Assembly (NCBI RefSeq): GCF_006345805.1 | Contig: NC_042999.1 | Coordinates: 41,664,001 to 41,728,000, forward strand | Length of the DNA stretch: 64,000 nucleotides | Reading direction: 5' to 3' | Source: Octopus sinensis | Lineage: Eukaryota | Shown here: positions 12,640 to 26,129 of the stretch, one piece after another | Numbering within the stretch: the stretch's first letter is position 1 | Layout of the letters: every line of letters begins with the position of its first letter | Position numbers and translations under genes: made by a program | The notes under the pieces: model-generated | Seen by the model: the letters and a program-made list of their open reading frames with translations, nothing else | Database searches by the model: none | Told to the model about the DNA's origin: nothing

Positions 12640-12900
12640 CTTTAATCATTGTGCTAGGATAAATTTTCGTTCAGCGGGATCAGGTATAAGACTTAGCAAT
12701 AAAATTAGATCAGCTTAACAATTTTTTTACAAATTTCTGATATTAGGTGTTGGCTGTCGAATATTATTTCATTCACACGGTCTGCAATGTTAGCAACAGA
12801 AGAAACAGGTTTTTCTTATAGAAAATTCAAATGCTGTAAGTTAAGCTTTCCATCATTTAACATTAGTGTTATCAGCGTATCTTTCCTTAAAATTGATATC
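12640..12900 (-). pseudogene. Possible decayed Helitron PIF1-like helicase fragment
   Basis: Weak frameshifted similarity (LMLNDGKL; ADRVNEIIF; LIPLNENLS*HN versus ILAPxNxxVxxIN). Very degraded. Confidence 0.25.
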
Positions 12901-13170
12901 TGGTGATCAAGTTTGGTATCAACTGTAGAAATTAATAAAAATACATGTGTCTCAAATGACCTGGATGTATCTCCAGAAATGTGCTTTCTCCAATTATCAT
13001 GTAAAACGTTTCTAAATGCCTTTCTTCCTATATTTCGCACACCATCATCATAAGTATCAAAAGAATTCTCATTCTTCATCTGTTTAGTATTTTGATATCT
13101 TAATATGGTATATTAGCTACTTGTAATTAATCTGATAAATTTTCTCTCTCTCTCTCTCTCATATATATAA

Positions 13171-13240
<70 letters not shown>

Positions 13241-15100
13241 TGTATAATAAAAGGCAAAGCCTCTATTTGCGGCTTGCATCCAAATTATAACGTTAACTTT
13301 TGACAGTACATTTTCTTACCAACTTCCAGATAGAGCTGGATAATCATGAAAAGTTTGTCGGATTGAAAGCAACGCGTCCTTCAGTTTGGTTGCACCAGAT
13401 CTCAATTTGCTTTCAGCCTCTTCCATACTTTTGTTTCAAATTACCAAGTACATTCTTCCATTTTGGTGAATACTTGATAAGATTAACGCCTGCTTTTCTC
13501 CTTCTTAACATATCAGATATCTTAAACTGAATTGTAGCTTCTTTCAGTCTCAAAGAATATGCTCAAGAATTTGTTGACGTACTGATATTCTATGAGTAGA
13601 CATTATAAAAATTACAGACGAGTTTTAATTTTCACCCTCGAAATCTTGTGTATAAAACATAATTCTTTACCTATTACATACTCAATTTTCATTTAACTTT
13701 TCACGGAAATAAACAATATGAGAGATGGTAGGTTAGGTGAAAATGAATGAATCCCATTGTGATTATAATTCATTACTTGCTTGCTTGAGTAATAGAAGAA
13801 AAAACGGGGTCCGTTTCGTTGGTTGTTTTAGATAATGAACACACAAATTCTGAAACGGAAATGACTTTACTAGAAATCTTTGGATGCATTTGCGTTTGTA
13901 TCGCTCAGATTCTTTCAGCAGCCAATAGAAAGGAGTTATTATAATTTATTGATTTTTGTTGAAACAAATAGCATCATTTGATACTTGCTCTTGCTGGGTA
14001 CATATAAACGTATTTAATAATTTTATTAGATGCAGTTTTTCAAATAAAACAAGATATTTTCTCAGCTAGACATTCGACATTTTACCTACTTATATTAACC
14101 TGACGAACTAGAATGTTTAACCTTTCAGGCCTATCTCATATACAAACATTTAAGTGTCTGACTTTGGAGTAAGTTCAGACCGATGTTCTTACACGTATGG
14201 AATACAGAGACAATTGTAATCTCTCTTCATTTGATTGGTGATTTAAACTATACATTGACTGAATGAGGTTGACATAACAGAGCTATTTTATAATTAAAAT
14301 CTGTGAGAAGTCATATTTTAGCTCACTTACAATATGATAGTCACATGAAAAGTTGTGCAGGCTAATCACGAATTGGTAATTTTCTGAACATAGCCTGCGT
14401 ATATATATTTGATTGTGATTATATCATGTTTTTATTAACAATTCATTATTCCAGCTACTGTGCAACAAGAAAAACATATTTTCAGTATAAATAAATAATT
14501 CAAATCTGAAAAGGTTAACTGATAACTAATAAACATAGTAATTCCCATTAGAAATAATTAAAAGAAAATAACAATTTACAAAACAACTAATTAGAAGTAC
14601 AATTTGTAAAAAAAACTAGCGATACTCTGTATTGGCAAAATTTAATGTCTGCATAAATTTGTGAAAAGTCCGTATTTTGATTGTGGGTGTAATATTTTCT
14701 TTCAAGGCGACGCAGAGGCAGATTTTTGTGCACGCGTTTTCTTTTTCCTTTATATGCACTTTGACAAAATCATTCACGTTCGTCTAATGTAGTAAGATGT
14801 CTTGACAGGCAATTCAAAGTGAAAGTTTCAGAGCGGCTGATTTTCATATATCCTCTACGAACATAAAAATAATTTGATGTCTGTGACTTCGCAGAGATTC
14901 TACTAAACAATTTCAGATGTTCAGAAAGCTTCATGTCGAATGGTTTTATTTGTATGGCAAATCAGAGACTCGTCCTGCCAGAAAACGATTTTGGCTTCTC
15001 TTGGTGTGTTGAAAGGAGCTAAAAATATTATTTTATGCCTGTTTTTTTAATGAATTTTTCTTTGATTTTCCTTTCAACTATAGACTCTTTAATATTCGTG

Positions 15101-15142
15101 TATAGCTGCTGTTTCGATCCCGTTGGATCTCCTCAGTGCGGA
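15101..15142 (-). ncRNA. Minimal type-I hammerhead ribozyme core (decayed stems I and III), Penelope-like
   Basis: CTGAGGA-GATCC-AACG-GGATC-GAAAC-AGCAGCT-ATA: canonical CUGANGA, perfect 5-bp stem II and GAAAC. The cleavage triplet and stem I appear mutated. Confidence 0.6.
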
Positions 15143-16911
15143 GTAACCAAACGTTTCCGAGTGTATTAATGACATGGCTTTATATTAAATTATTTTCATT
15201 GCAGAACGAGAGAGAGGGAGGAGAGACAGAGAGGGGGAGAGAGAGGAGGGGGGAAAGAAAAGGGGAGAATCAGCGAGAAAGAAAGAAGGAAGGAGAAGAG
15301 AAGGGGTGAAAGGTGAAGAGAGACAGAAAAGATTTTTTTTTTCAATTTTATGTCCACTCTAAAATCCTATTCGGAACAATCACAAAATATTTCCAGCTGC
15401 GAATGTTAATCCAGGTATTTAGTGTAATTATAATTGCCATTATATAAGTGGTAATACTTTTGCTGTTCTGTTGTTTTAAAAACCTAACCAATTGCAGTCA
15501 TTTCGAGTGGTACAATTGTGCAGGTCCTTCAATGAACCAGCTTAGGCAGAGATTTACTCCTTTCAGGTACGTCGACGACCACAGTCGTGCATTTCAGAGA
15601 TCCAGAGCTGTTCGGTTAGAACAATTTCTAACAATGAAACTCCACGCTGATATATTTATCTACATATGCACAAATATTCACTAATACACTTCTACAACGA
15701 TTTAACATTTAAAATTGCTCACTCAGTGGAACGTAGTGCAAAGTGAACGTAATGCATGATGTAACGTTTTTCTTCATTAATAAAGAACATGTCGAAACAG
15801 GTGTAGTGAACCTCAAACAATCTGTGTTACTGTGTGTATGTACGTACGAATGCATAGTGTCAAGTAGTATTGGTCTCTGTCCTTCCCTTGACTAACACTG
15901 ATGGCGGAGGAGAGGGGAGATGTGTCACATGGGCAACTGGCGATCTCCGATGAAAAACTACCCAGACTTCCACCCTGGAGAGAACACTCCAGCGCCATCT
16001 AACCGCGGTGGTAAAACATAGAAAGGACGAGTCTACCCGTTTTAAAGCTGCACGTAATTGGCACAAGAGCAAGGCGCCACGGGCTGCTTTTGATAGAGGG
16101 AGAGGCCATTGTGTCTCACTAAACAGCTACCGCCCACCTCAAGCTGGGCATTCCCCAACCAGTTAGGTGCTTAATCCATGGCCCCTCGAGAACGATAGAT
16201 GCTTCCCATATATATATATATACATTAATTGAAGTGTACACTATAATATATCCGTTACAGCTGATCTTACCAATTGGTTTCACACTAGGAGTTCAATGGA
16301 GTGTTAGGTAACAGTCCGATTACGTGACCCTGCGCTCATTAGAGGTAGCAGTTACGGAATGAAATATGGTGACATACACACACACAACACACAGAGACAA
16401 ACACTCTCACACACAAACACACACACGCACACATACATGTATGTCAGTTATTTTACATTTTAAATTCCCCTTTCGTAACTGCTAGGAACTTTGTTACACT
16501 TTCACTCATATAGCTATCTTCCTAATCCATTACATTATCCTCACTTTCGTCCTTATATTCAACCACTCGCTGCTACCTTCACCATCATCATTATCGTCAG
16601 CAACGACGCTCGCTCTTCTGCATTTTCTTCCTCCTCCTCCTATCGTCATTTTCACTCTACTTTTTATTATGCACACTCCAACCTCACTTCCTCCTTCCCT
16701 ACTCCACCTCTTCTTCTTCTTCTTCTTCTTCTTCTTCGTCTTCTTTTCCTTCTCTTCGTCGTTGTTCTCGCCCTTGTGCTTCAACGTTCTCCTACTTTTT
16801 ATCATGGTAATTTTGTTTAATCGCCATTGTTCCTTCCATATTTACGTTCTCCGTCACTCCCACTTTCTCTCTCTCTCACTCTCATTCTCTCTCTCTCACC
16901 ACACACACACA

Positions 16912-16976
<65 letters not shown>

Positions 16977-17417
16977 GTTTCTCTCCATTTCAGATTTTCT
17001 TTTGTATGAACTAACTAGTCCTGCAGCTACAATCTCTTACGATACTTATTTCATCAATTAAAAGTTGCCTTCAGTTTTCTTCAAAGATATATCCATTGAT
17101 TTGTGGTACAATTATGCAATTTTGAATAATGAATTAGAAATTTAAGAAATTTAACAACAAATTTATAGAAGAAAAAGGAGTTAGTGAAGCAAAACAAAAG
17201 AAAAAAGATGTCAGATAAAGAAACGATATCAAACTTTAATAACGACATGAAAGAGAACAACTGGCATCTAGAAATGTGAAGTCAATTTGTAAATCGATAT
17301 GCATACATACATTTAATGTGTGTGTGTGTAACCATAGATTAGTGCGACTTATAAATCTTTATAGAGAGATGTGTATACATATATAATATATATACATAAA
17401 TACATAGATACATATAT

Positions 17418-17448
<31 letters not shown>

Positions 17449-17600
17449 TTATATATATATATATATACATATATACAAATATCGACTTACACATTGCACT
17501 ACGTTATGACTGTACCCAAACACTCACACACGCGCACACAAACACACACAAACACATACATATATATATATATATATGTATATATAATGTGTGTGTGTGA

Positions 17601-17645
<45 letters not shown>

Positions 17646-17794
17646 TTGTATGTATGTATACATTTATTTATATTACATTTATATCGTTAAATAAATATAT
17701 ATATATATATTACATATATACTTATACAAACATTATACATATGATATATATATATATATATATTACATACACGAATGCATACATAACTATGTAT

Positions 17795-17842
<48 letters not shown>

Positions 17843-17870
17843 CATACACACACACAGATATACATATATA

Positions 17871-19148
17871 CGAGGGGCGTTCAATAAGTAATGCCCCTGA
17901 TCCACTTGATCTAGCTGAAATTTTGCATGTGCAATTACGTATATCTCTATAGATGAAGTGGCAAATTACAGCTCTAAACTAATTGTGGTTTCTGATTTAC
18001 AGGTGTTTGAACTGAGTCAAGTGTGAAATGGAGTCTGTTGCATGTCGAGCAGTGATCCGGTTTTTGTATTTGAAAGGACGCACACCACGGGAGACTTTTG
18101 ATGAAATGAAAGTAACTTATTGTGATAATGTCTCATCATATGACCTTGTAAAACGCTGGCATCGTGAATTCAAACATGGTTGGAACTCTGTGGAAACAGC
18201 TCCCAGATCTGGTCGCCCCCTTCTGCCATTGATGAGGCATCTGTCTGTCAAGTTGAGGCTGCCATTTTGGAAGATCGACGCATAACTATTCGCGAAATAG
18301 CCCATGAGGTCAAGATTAGTACCGGGTCTCTGGAAACTATCATTCATGACCATTTGCATATGCAAAAGGTGTCTGCCAGATGGATTCCCAGGCTGCTCAC
18401 ATCTTTCCAGAAGCAAGAACGCGTCGATTGCTCGAGGATGAATTTGGAGATATGCCAAGAAGATGAGTCAAAATTTTTCAAAAGACTGATTACACAGGAT
18501 GAAACCTGGGTCCATCACTATGATCCAGAGACCAAAGCCCAGTCAATGCAGTGAAAGCACCGTGACTCCCCTCCTCCAAAGAAGGCAAGGGTGCAGCCCT
18601 CCGCTGCAAGGTCATGCTTCACAGTCTTCTGGGACCAGGACGGAGTAGTGATGACAGATTCCTGGCAAATGGTGCCACAATTACAGGAGCCTATTATGCT
18701 TCACTTTGAGGAAATTAAGAGAAGCTATCAAAATCAAGAGGCGGGGCAAGATCAGCAAGGCATCCTCCTCCTGCAGAACAACGCTCTGGTCCACAACTCG
18801 CGTGTCGCCAGATCAGAAGCACAAGCGTGCGGCTATGAACTCCTCCCCCATCCCCCTACTCTTCTGACCTTGCACCTTCTGATTTTCACCTCTTCCCAGC
18901 CATGAAGTTGTTTTTGAAAGGAAAGCGTTTCCCAGATGATGCAGCCTTGATTTCTGAAGTCACGTCGTGGCTGGAGGACCAAGCTGGTGTCTTCTACAGA
19001 AACGGTCTTCAGAGCTGCATCAAAGGATGGGAGAAATGCGTAACTCTGGGTGGTTCCTATGTAGAAAAAGACTAATAATTGTGCCAAGTTTCGTTGCTCT
19101 ACTGCTATGGGAAGTGGGTCAGGGGCATTACTTATTGAACGCCCCTCG
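17871..19148 (+). mobile_element. Full-length mariner (DD34D-type) DNA transposon, 1278 bp, TA target duplication
   Basis: TIR CGAGGGGCGTTCAATAAGTAATGCCCCTGA is perfect over 30 bp at both ends (about 37 bp with 1 mismatch); TA on both flanks. Confidence 0.95.
18028..19075 (+). pseudogene. Mariner transposase, disrupted (frameshifts, internal TGA, second catalytic D appears as N)
   Basis: RSGRP, WIPRLL, ITQDETWVHHYDPETK, LLLQNNA (expected HDNA), HPP..SDLAPSDFHLF, ending GGSYVEKD*. Confidence 0.9.
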
Positions 19149-19629
19149 TATATACATAGATTTCTTGCTTACAAGCAAATACGCATGCTCTCATATAAGT
19201 GTCTGCATGTACATGCGTATATGCGTGTGTGTTCGTGTGTCGGTGGTATGGATGAAATACTAGTTAAGGCGGTGTAATATTTTCCAAAGCTTCCGCACGA
19301 GGAGCGAGCGCAAGATTAACTACGCTACTATTTCCACTTTTAACAATTATACCACTACATAATATATAAAATATATTGCATACATATTTTTACGTTTGAG
19401 TGTGAATCCATACATACATCGCTAGATATATGCAAGCACAAAATTCTCTAGCAATATGCAAGTATTATGAAGATAATATGAATGCGCAAACACATAATTT
19501 AAAACGAATTGCATTAGGTCCTTGATGTACGCATTACTCGGTTTTCACATCTTCAAGGGTCTCTGGAGTAGCCTTATACATCAAGTGCGTAGCTCAGTGA
19601 TTAGAGAGACTCTCGAGGTAGCGCTGCAT

Positions 19630-20440
19630 TTAGGGGTCACACTCTCGGTTGTATGGACATGTGTTTAGAATGTCGCAGGAAGGAATAAAAACAAGATAGT
19701 TTCTTCAGGCGGAGCAAACATGTAGGACACCTAGTGTTAGTTTAGAACAAGAATGTTTAGATATATTTATAGCCTCAGTTGATTATGCATAAGAATCCAA
19801 CCAGATATTCTAGCAACTAAGGCGGCGAGCTGGCAGAAACATTAGCACGCCGGATGAAATGCTTAGCGGTATGTCGTCTGCCGTTACGTTGTGAGTTCAA
19901 ATTCCGCCGAGGTCGACTTTGCCTTTCATCTTTTTGGGGTCGATAAATTAAGTACCAGTTACGCACTGGGGTCGATATAATCGACTTAATACCTATGTCT
20001 GTCCTTGTTTGTCCCCTCTGTGTTTAGCCCCTTGTGGGTAATAAAGAAATAGATATTCTAGCAACTAGCAACACTTGCTTCTGATAGGACCCTATGAAAG
20101 AACCACATGAACGCTCCACTCCAAAGACTGTCCAGGATTAGTGGACGGGGAATATGGATAAAATACAGGAACAACGCAGCAGTTTGTCATATCAGATTTC
20201 ATAAATTCTAACGACACTTGCATCTAATCGACCCCTATGGAAGAGACACGTCAGCACTCTGCTCCTACGACCCGCTATGATTAGTGGACAGTGAAGCTGG
20301 ATAGAATACAGGAACAGCAAAAAGGTCCATTTCAGTTTCCGGAAATCCTAACGACACTTGCTTCCGATAGAACCCTTTGGAGGAGACACGTGAGAGCTCT
20401 ATTCCTGCGGACTTCCAGGAATAGGGAAGTTGAATGGATG
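19630..20440 (+). mobile_element. Decayed RTE-like LINE 3' end with its last ~140 bp triplicated, interrupted by a SINE-a
   Basis: RLYGHVFRMSQE at about 19645, and three P(D/E)IL(A/T)TLASDR.LW(R/K)RHV units (ACACTTGC anchors at 20071, 20214, 20354) resembling the RTE C-terminal A.DR..WR motif. Confidence 0.5.
19820..20050 (+). mobile_element. Complete SINE-a with a 17-bp target-site duplication
   Basis: AGATATTCTAGCAACTA at 19803-19819 and 20051-20067; B-box GAGTTCAAATTCC; tail TGTCTGTCCTTGTTTGTCCCCTCTGTGTTTAGCCCCTTGTGGGTAATAAAGAAAT. Confidence 0.92.
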
Positions 20441-22349
20441 GAATAAAGGTATAGAGAAAATGGTTCGCTATTTCTGTTTCTGTGATCAATTTTCCTTTCA
20501 GTTTATGATCACTTCTTCGAGCGGAAGATAGTCACATTTTAAATCTTCACTTCGAATTAGTCTCGTATATTTTTGTTTTTATATATTATTGTCTTTCATA
20601 ATTTGGGGTATATTTCCAAAATTGCATATTTTCGAATGAGAAGAGACTCGATTTCAATCTCAAAGTGAAATATTTGAATATTAAATAAAATTCAAAGTGG
20701 GAAACGTTCGACAGATATTGTAAACAATTATAAAATATACGATGCCCCCGTTAGAATAGCTAAAAGAAAATCTGAAACAATTAATTATTGAATTTTCATT
20801 AAGTTCATAACACGTTATACATATGTTGTAACATTATAGAAACAATAGGAAACTGTCAATATTTTGAGAAGTTAAAGCAAAAGATTTGAACATTATGTTT
20901 ACACACACACACACACACACACACCACACACACACACACGCACGCAATACTCACATGCAAACGTATATACACACACGCATATATAATTTAGATGTATATT
21001 TGTGTGTATGCATATATGTATAACTCTTTCTCTCTCTCTCTCTTTATATATATGTGTGTGATGTGTGTGTGTGTGTTTATACATACACATATACACACAT
21101 CCATACACATATATACATACGCGCACACACATAATCCAGGTAAGATAAAGATTTTAGCGCATCTTTAATGTTACAATTGTTTCGTACCCCTCTGTTTTTA
21201 GCACTATTGTACACAAAAAGTCCATGTAAATTTACATAATATTTGCGGTTTTATACAATACAGTGGCTCTTGGTCACACTAGCATCAAAAGGTCACCTCT
21301 TACACTGTACATTTGTATTTGTTTCGCAATATTCTTGATGTAAACTTGTTTGTTGAAACAAATTTCTAGGTATCCTAGTAGATAATAAAAATGTAGTACA
21401 GTGACGGAAGTGGGTGACAAAGGGACATACGGGGACAAACAGGAAAAAGGACACAAAGAGACATACAATGTATACAGACATGCTCAAACCCTCATCAATT
21501 GTCGACCAAATATCATCAAGTTTTCGATACCTTCCGACAATATTGCTCAATTCAGCAGTGACGGCAATATCTGTTGCTATATTGTAAATGAGCAAATGGA
21601 TATGATAGATGAACACGAACAGAAAAAAATAAGGTAAGTACGAGAATTACAACAGATATGGTTTCTAGACGGAATGATAAAAAGAACGAGTTATGTTTAA
21701 GGAGAGTAACAGAAAAATGTTATGTTTAAGGAGAGTAACAGAAAAATGACCAACAAGGGGAGTCATGCATATATTTAGAATATCTTTTGACAATGTGACA
21801 AAAACAAGACTCACATGCATGTCTGTGTACGCGTTTGTAAATGTGTTTGTAAGCGTATTTGAATTTATACATACTCACAAGCAATTGTTTAATTTGTCTG
21901 TCAACCTTTGCCTGACATCCTTTCCATGTCGATAAAATAAATACCAGTTGAACTTTGAGGTCGATTTAATCGATTTAAGCACCGCCTCGAAATTACTGGC
22001 CTTGTGCCAAATTTTAAAATCAATAACAGCACACTACGTAAAGCGGCGAAATGACAGAATCGTTAGCATGTCGGGGAAAAAAAAGGCTTAGCGATATCGA
22101 CTTCGCCTTCCATCCATTCGTGGTTGATAAATTAAGTACCAGTTGAGTCCTAGGATCGATATAATCAACTTAATTCCCCTCGCAAAATTGTTGGCCGTCT
22201 GCCAAAATTTCAAACCAGTATTAGTATAAGAATGTGTCTGTAAATATGATTTTTTTCTTTTCAAGTAGACACGCCTGTATATTTAGTATTGTACGAAAAT
22301 ACTATATCCTGATAGCGTACTGACTCCCCTAATTAATTTTTATAGACTA

Positions 22350-22845
22350 CTAGCAGTATCGCCCGGCGTTGCTCGGGTTTCTAAGGGAAATAACTATATA
22401 AGCATTTTTAGAGAGTTACTTCCCTTATAGATGCCAATTCGGGCTTTCTTAGCCATTTCTGTTTTGGTGTCTTCAAGCCATGAAGTCGTTGTCTCCTTGA
22501 CAACGCTTTACGACGTTGATTTCCTTACACTCCCTTCCCCACAGCTTCACGAGGGAGGGAAGAAGGGGGAGAAGCAAACAGGTGCAGGTGTGACCATGGA
22601 CGCCAACTCTGCCGCCATCGACACACGAAAAATTATGCATTAAAATGGAATAAAAAATGATGTTAAATTATTTTTTAAATCGTAGACTCATCGTAGACGC
22701 GCGCTAATACTCAGACGGGCTCGATATGAATCACGACTGTAAGATACCCGAATTTGGTTAAACTGCACCGCAAAATGTGGGAATAGTTAGAAATCTAAAT
22801 CGAAGGGGACAGACACTCACACAACTACAGTTTTATATATATAGA
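22350..22845 (-). mobile_element. Non-autonomous Helitron, 496 bp
   Basis: Minus strand starts TCTATATATATAAAA and ends in the hairpin CCCGAGCAACGCCGGG followed by CTAG; inserted between A and T with no TSD. Confidence 0.85.
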
Positions 22846-23038
22846 TACCCAGGTGATTCCGTTTCTGCTATTTGCCTTGTTTGTCTATAATATGAACATC
22901 TTATTTCATAATTCTTATTCTATATACATTACCCTGTTTCTTTCTTGTTTTCTTTTTATTTTCATTTTTCCTTGTTTTCTGTTTCTCTTTACGGTTTTGC
23001 TTTATACTCTCATTTTATTTTTTTTATTTTCTGTACAT

Positions 23039-23240
23039 AGGCGCAGGAGTGGCTGTGTGGTAAGTAGCTTGCTAGCCAACCACATAGTTCCGGGTTCAGT
23101 CCCACTGCGTGGCACCTTGGGCAAGTGTCTTCTGCTATAGCCCCGGGCCGACCAATGCCTTGTGAGTGGATTTGGTAGACGGAAACTGAAAGAAGCCTGT
23201 CGTATATATGTATATATATATATTATATATATATATATAT

Positions 23241-23271
<31 letters not shown>

Positions 23272-23474
23272 CTGTGTTTGTCCCCCTAGCATGCTTGACA
23301 ACCGATGCTTGTGTGTTTACGTCCCCGTCACTTAGCGGTTCGGCAAAAGAGACCGATAGAATAAGTACTGGGCTTACAAAGAATAAGTCCCGGGGTCGAT
23401 TTGCTCGACTAAAGGCGGTGCTCCAGCATGGCCGCAGTCAAATGACTGAAACAAGTTAAAGAGTAAAAGAGTAA
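23039..23474 (+). mobile_element. Complete tRNA-derived SINE-b (head AGGCGCAGGAGTGGCTGTGTGG) with an empty Tx1 target site
   Basis: A-box TGGCTGTGTGG, B-box GGTTCAGTCCC, central TA/TG microsatellite and AAAGAGT-repeat tail. Site 23062-23076 reads AAGTAGCTTGCTAGC. Confidence 0.9.
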
Positions 23475-23564
23475 TTCCTATTTTTATTTATATAAACGTT
23501 CGTAACCCTTAAATTTTAATATTCTAATCATTATTGTCTATCACTTGTTGTTTATACGCTCTAG

Positions 23565-23765
23565 GACGGCACGCTGGTAGAATCGTTAGCACGCTGGACG
23601 AAATGCTTACCGTTTTTTCGCCCGTCGCTACGTTCTGAGTTCAAATTCCGCCGAGGTTGATATTGTCTTTCGGGGCCGGTAAAATAAGTACCAGTAAACA
23701 CCGGGGTCGATGTAATTGACTAGACCCCTCCACCAACAATTTCAGGTCTTGTGCCTATGGTAGAA
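23565..23765 (+). mobile_element. Older SINE-a-related copy with a different tail
   Basis: GGCACGCTGGTAGAATCGTTAGCACG...GAGTTCAAATTCCGCCGAGG...GGGGTCGATGTAAT. Confidence 0.7.
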
Positions 23766-23986
23766 AAGATTATTTATACGCTATTATATAGGTTTTTATA
23801 TTTCACTGTCTCCACCTGCTGAAATGGTTTTGTAAAAGCCATTGAAACAATAGGAGTAGATGACTTGGAGTATCAACAACATTTTGCTGTAATTTATTCA
23901 ACGATATAAGGCTCTGTGTGCTACGTTGCAGCCTGAATATAAATGTATTCCTATTCATGCTGTGAATCAAGAAAGGTTCATTGCAA

Positions 23987-24086
23987 NNNNNNNNNNNNNN
24001 NNNNNNNNNNNNNNNNNNNNNNNNNNNNNNNNNNNNNNNNNNNNNNNNNNNNNNNNNNNNNNNNNNNNNNNNNNNNNNNNNNNNNN
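23987..24086. other. Assembly gap (100 N)
   Basis: Directly visible. True size unknown; linkage across it is not guaranteed. Confidence 1.
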
Positions 24087-24877
24087 TTATGAGACTCGTG
24101 GGTTTCGTGGCCTTCCGCGGTGTTTCTTGTGAATATTCTGAACAGTTCCATTTGCTTGTAACTTTGGACTAATTCGAGTGGTAGTTAAGTCACGTGGATG
24201 ACATTAGAACTATCTCTTTTGTTAAAAAACTTAGTATGGCTCTCTTTTTTATTTCTAACCTTGTTAAATGTTAAAACAAATGGAAATTAAGTGAGCTATT
24301 CGACACCTTGTATATTAATATTTATGTCTGTTGACAGATAGTTATTCATGTTGATAGAGATACACCAATGACGACTACTGTTTGGTTGCTTGAATCAACG
24401 CAAACTAGCCTTGTAAATGAAATCAGGATCAGAGACATCACAAAAACCCTTCCGAGGGTTTGTATCTGTAATTGTAAAAGTAGGCTTTTTTACACGCCGT
24501 CACGCTAACTCTGCTCGAGAAATATAAGAGATATACGTGTCTGTAGCATGCTCAGTTACATACATGTTAATTCAGGGGCTAATCAAATTCAGTTAATCAA
24601 ATAGCAGGATCATCCACCATCACCACCAAAACTAGCACAACCACACCCTTCACCAACAATAACAACAACACTTGTGTATGTATATGAGTATATATATATT
24701 TATATACATATAGTTATATACATATTTATGAATGCATGCAGTATACATATACATATACCTACACACTGTAAGCATTTATCTTTCAAGTACCTCATGAAAA
24801 AGTGCAGTGACGTCTGGTGAAGGCAGAAGGTATTCTTTTGAATCTCTTTATACAAGCTAGTGGTTTTGCAGAATCTC

Positions 24878-24920
<43 letters not shown>

Positions 24921-25042
24921 CATATATATATATATATATGCGTGTCTATAATATATATACATATATATATAGACACACACATATATATATGTATGCATAT
25001 ATATATATATACACATTTATATATGTATATATATATATATGC

Positions 25043-25075
<33 letters not shown>

Positions 25076-25112
25076 ATATATATATATTCATACACACATA
25101 TATGAATCTATG

Positions 25113-25495
25113 GAAGCACTCCGTCGGTTACGACGACGAGGGTTCCGGTTGATCCGAATCAACGGAACACCCTGCTCGTGAAATTAACGTGTAAGTGGCT
25201 GAGCACTCCACAGACACGTGTACCCTTAACCTAGTTCTCAGGGTTATTCAGCCTGACACAGAGAGTGACAAGGCCGGCCCTTTGAAATACAGGTACAACA
25301 GAAACAGGAAGTAAGAGTGAGAGAAAGTTGTGGTGAAAGAGTACAGCAGGGATCACCACCATCCCCTGCCGGAGGCTCGTGGGGCTTTAGGTGTTTTCGC
25401 TCAATAAACACTCACAACGCCCTGTCTGGGAATCGAAACCGCGATCCTATGACCGCGAGTCCGCTGCCCTAACCACTGGGCCATTGCGCCTCCAC
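25113..25495 (-). mobile_element. Near-complete SINE-c
   Basis: Head GTGGAGGCGCAATGGCCCAGTGGTTAGGGCAGCGGACTCGCGGTC...GGTTTCGATTCCC. Confidence 0.85.
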
Positions 25496-26129
25496 TATAT
25501 GAATTTAAATATATACATACATATACATATGTGTGTGTTGGTTTGTAAGTACAAAATAAATGTGTGCACAAGACGCCCTCACAGACGTTCCTTTAAATCA
25601 GTGGTTCTCAACCAGGACGCACATAAGATATTTGGGGTCCATTCCATGCTACAAAATAGTAAACTGGGGATCCACAATAGTACTTTAAGGTCCCCTGAAA
25701 ATATTTTAGTTCAGATATAGGCATTGCTATGTATTGCAATAAATAGGTTTCATTCTGTAACATTTTACGTAATATTTTAACGTCTGAAAAGCAAAATATG
25801 AATTTTGAAAGAAGCTTCAAGAAAACTCGTCTCTAAACATCGATGGCTATGGACTGGGTTTTCTACAACGAACAAAATAATAATCAAACCGGTTCATAGA
25901 TAAAATATAGTTGTGAACTCCTGCTTTAAATGATACCTCAGTTCCGTTTAGAGGAATGTCTCGGGATCAATCTGCAGCCACCGCTAGTACTCAGTTTTGG
26001 CAAACTAGGTTGGAATAATGCAAACTTAAGGGCACTACTCCCAACCCAGAAATCGAACCTATCATCTAACGACCGTGAGCTCGACACTCTTACCGCAATA
26101 TATAAAGATGGAGAGATATATAAAGACAG

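Noticed and set aside
23039-23115. SINE heads (also 25420-25495, 35985-36056, 46031-46068) as tRNA genes
   Set aside because: They have A/B boxes but no complete cloverleaf, and they continue into multi-copy SINE bodies.
23900-24200. ORFs spanning the N gap
   Set aside because: Artefacts of translating Ns.
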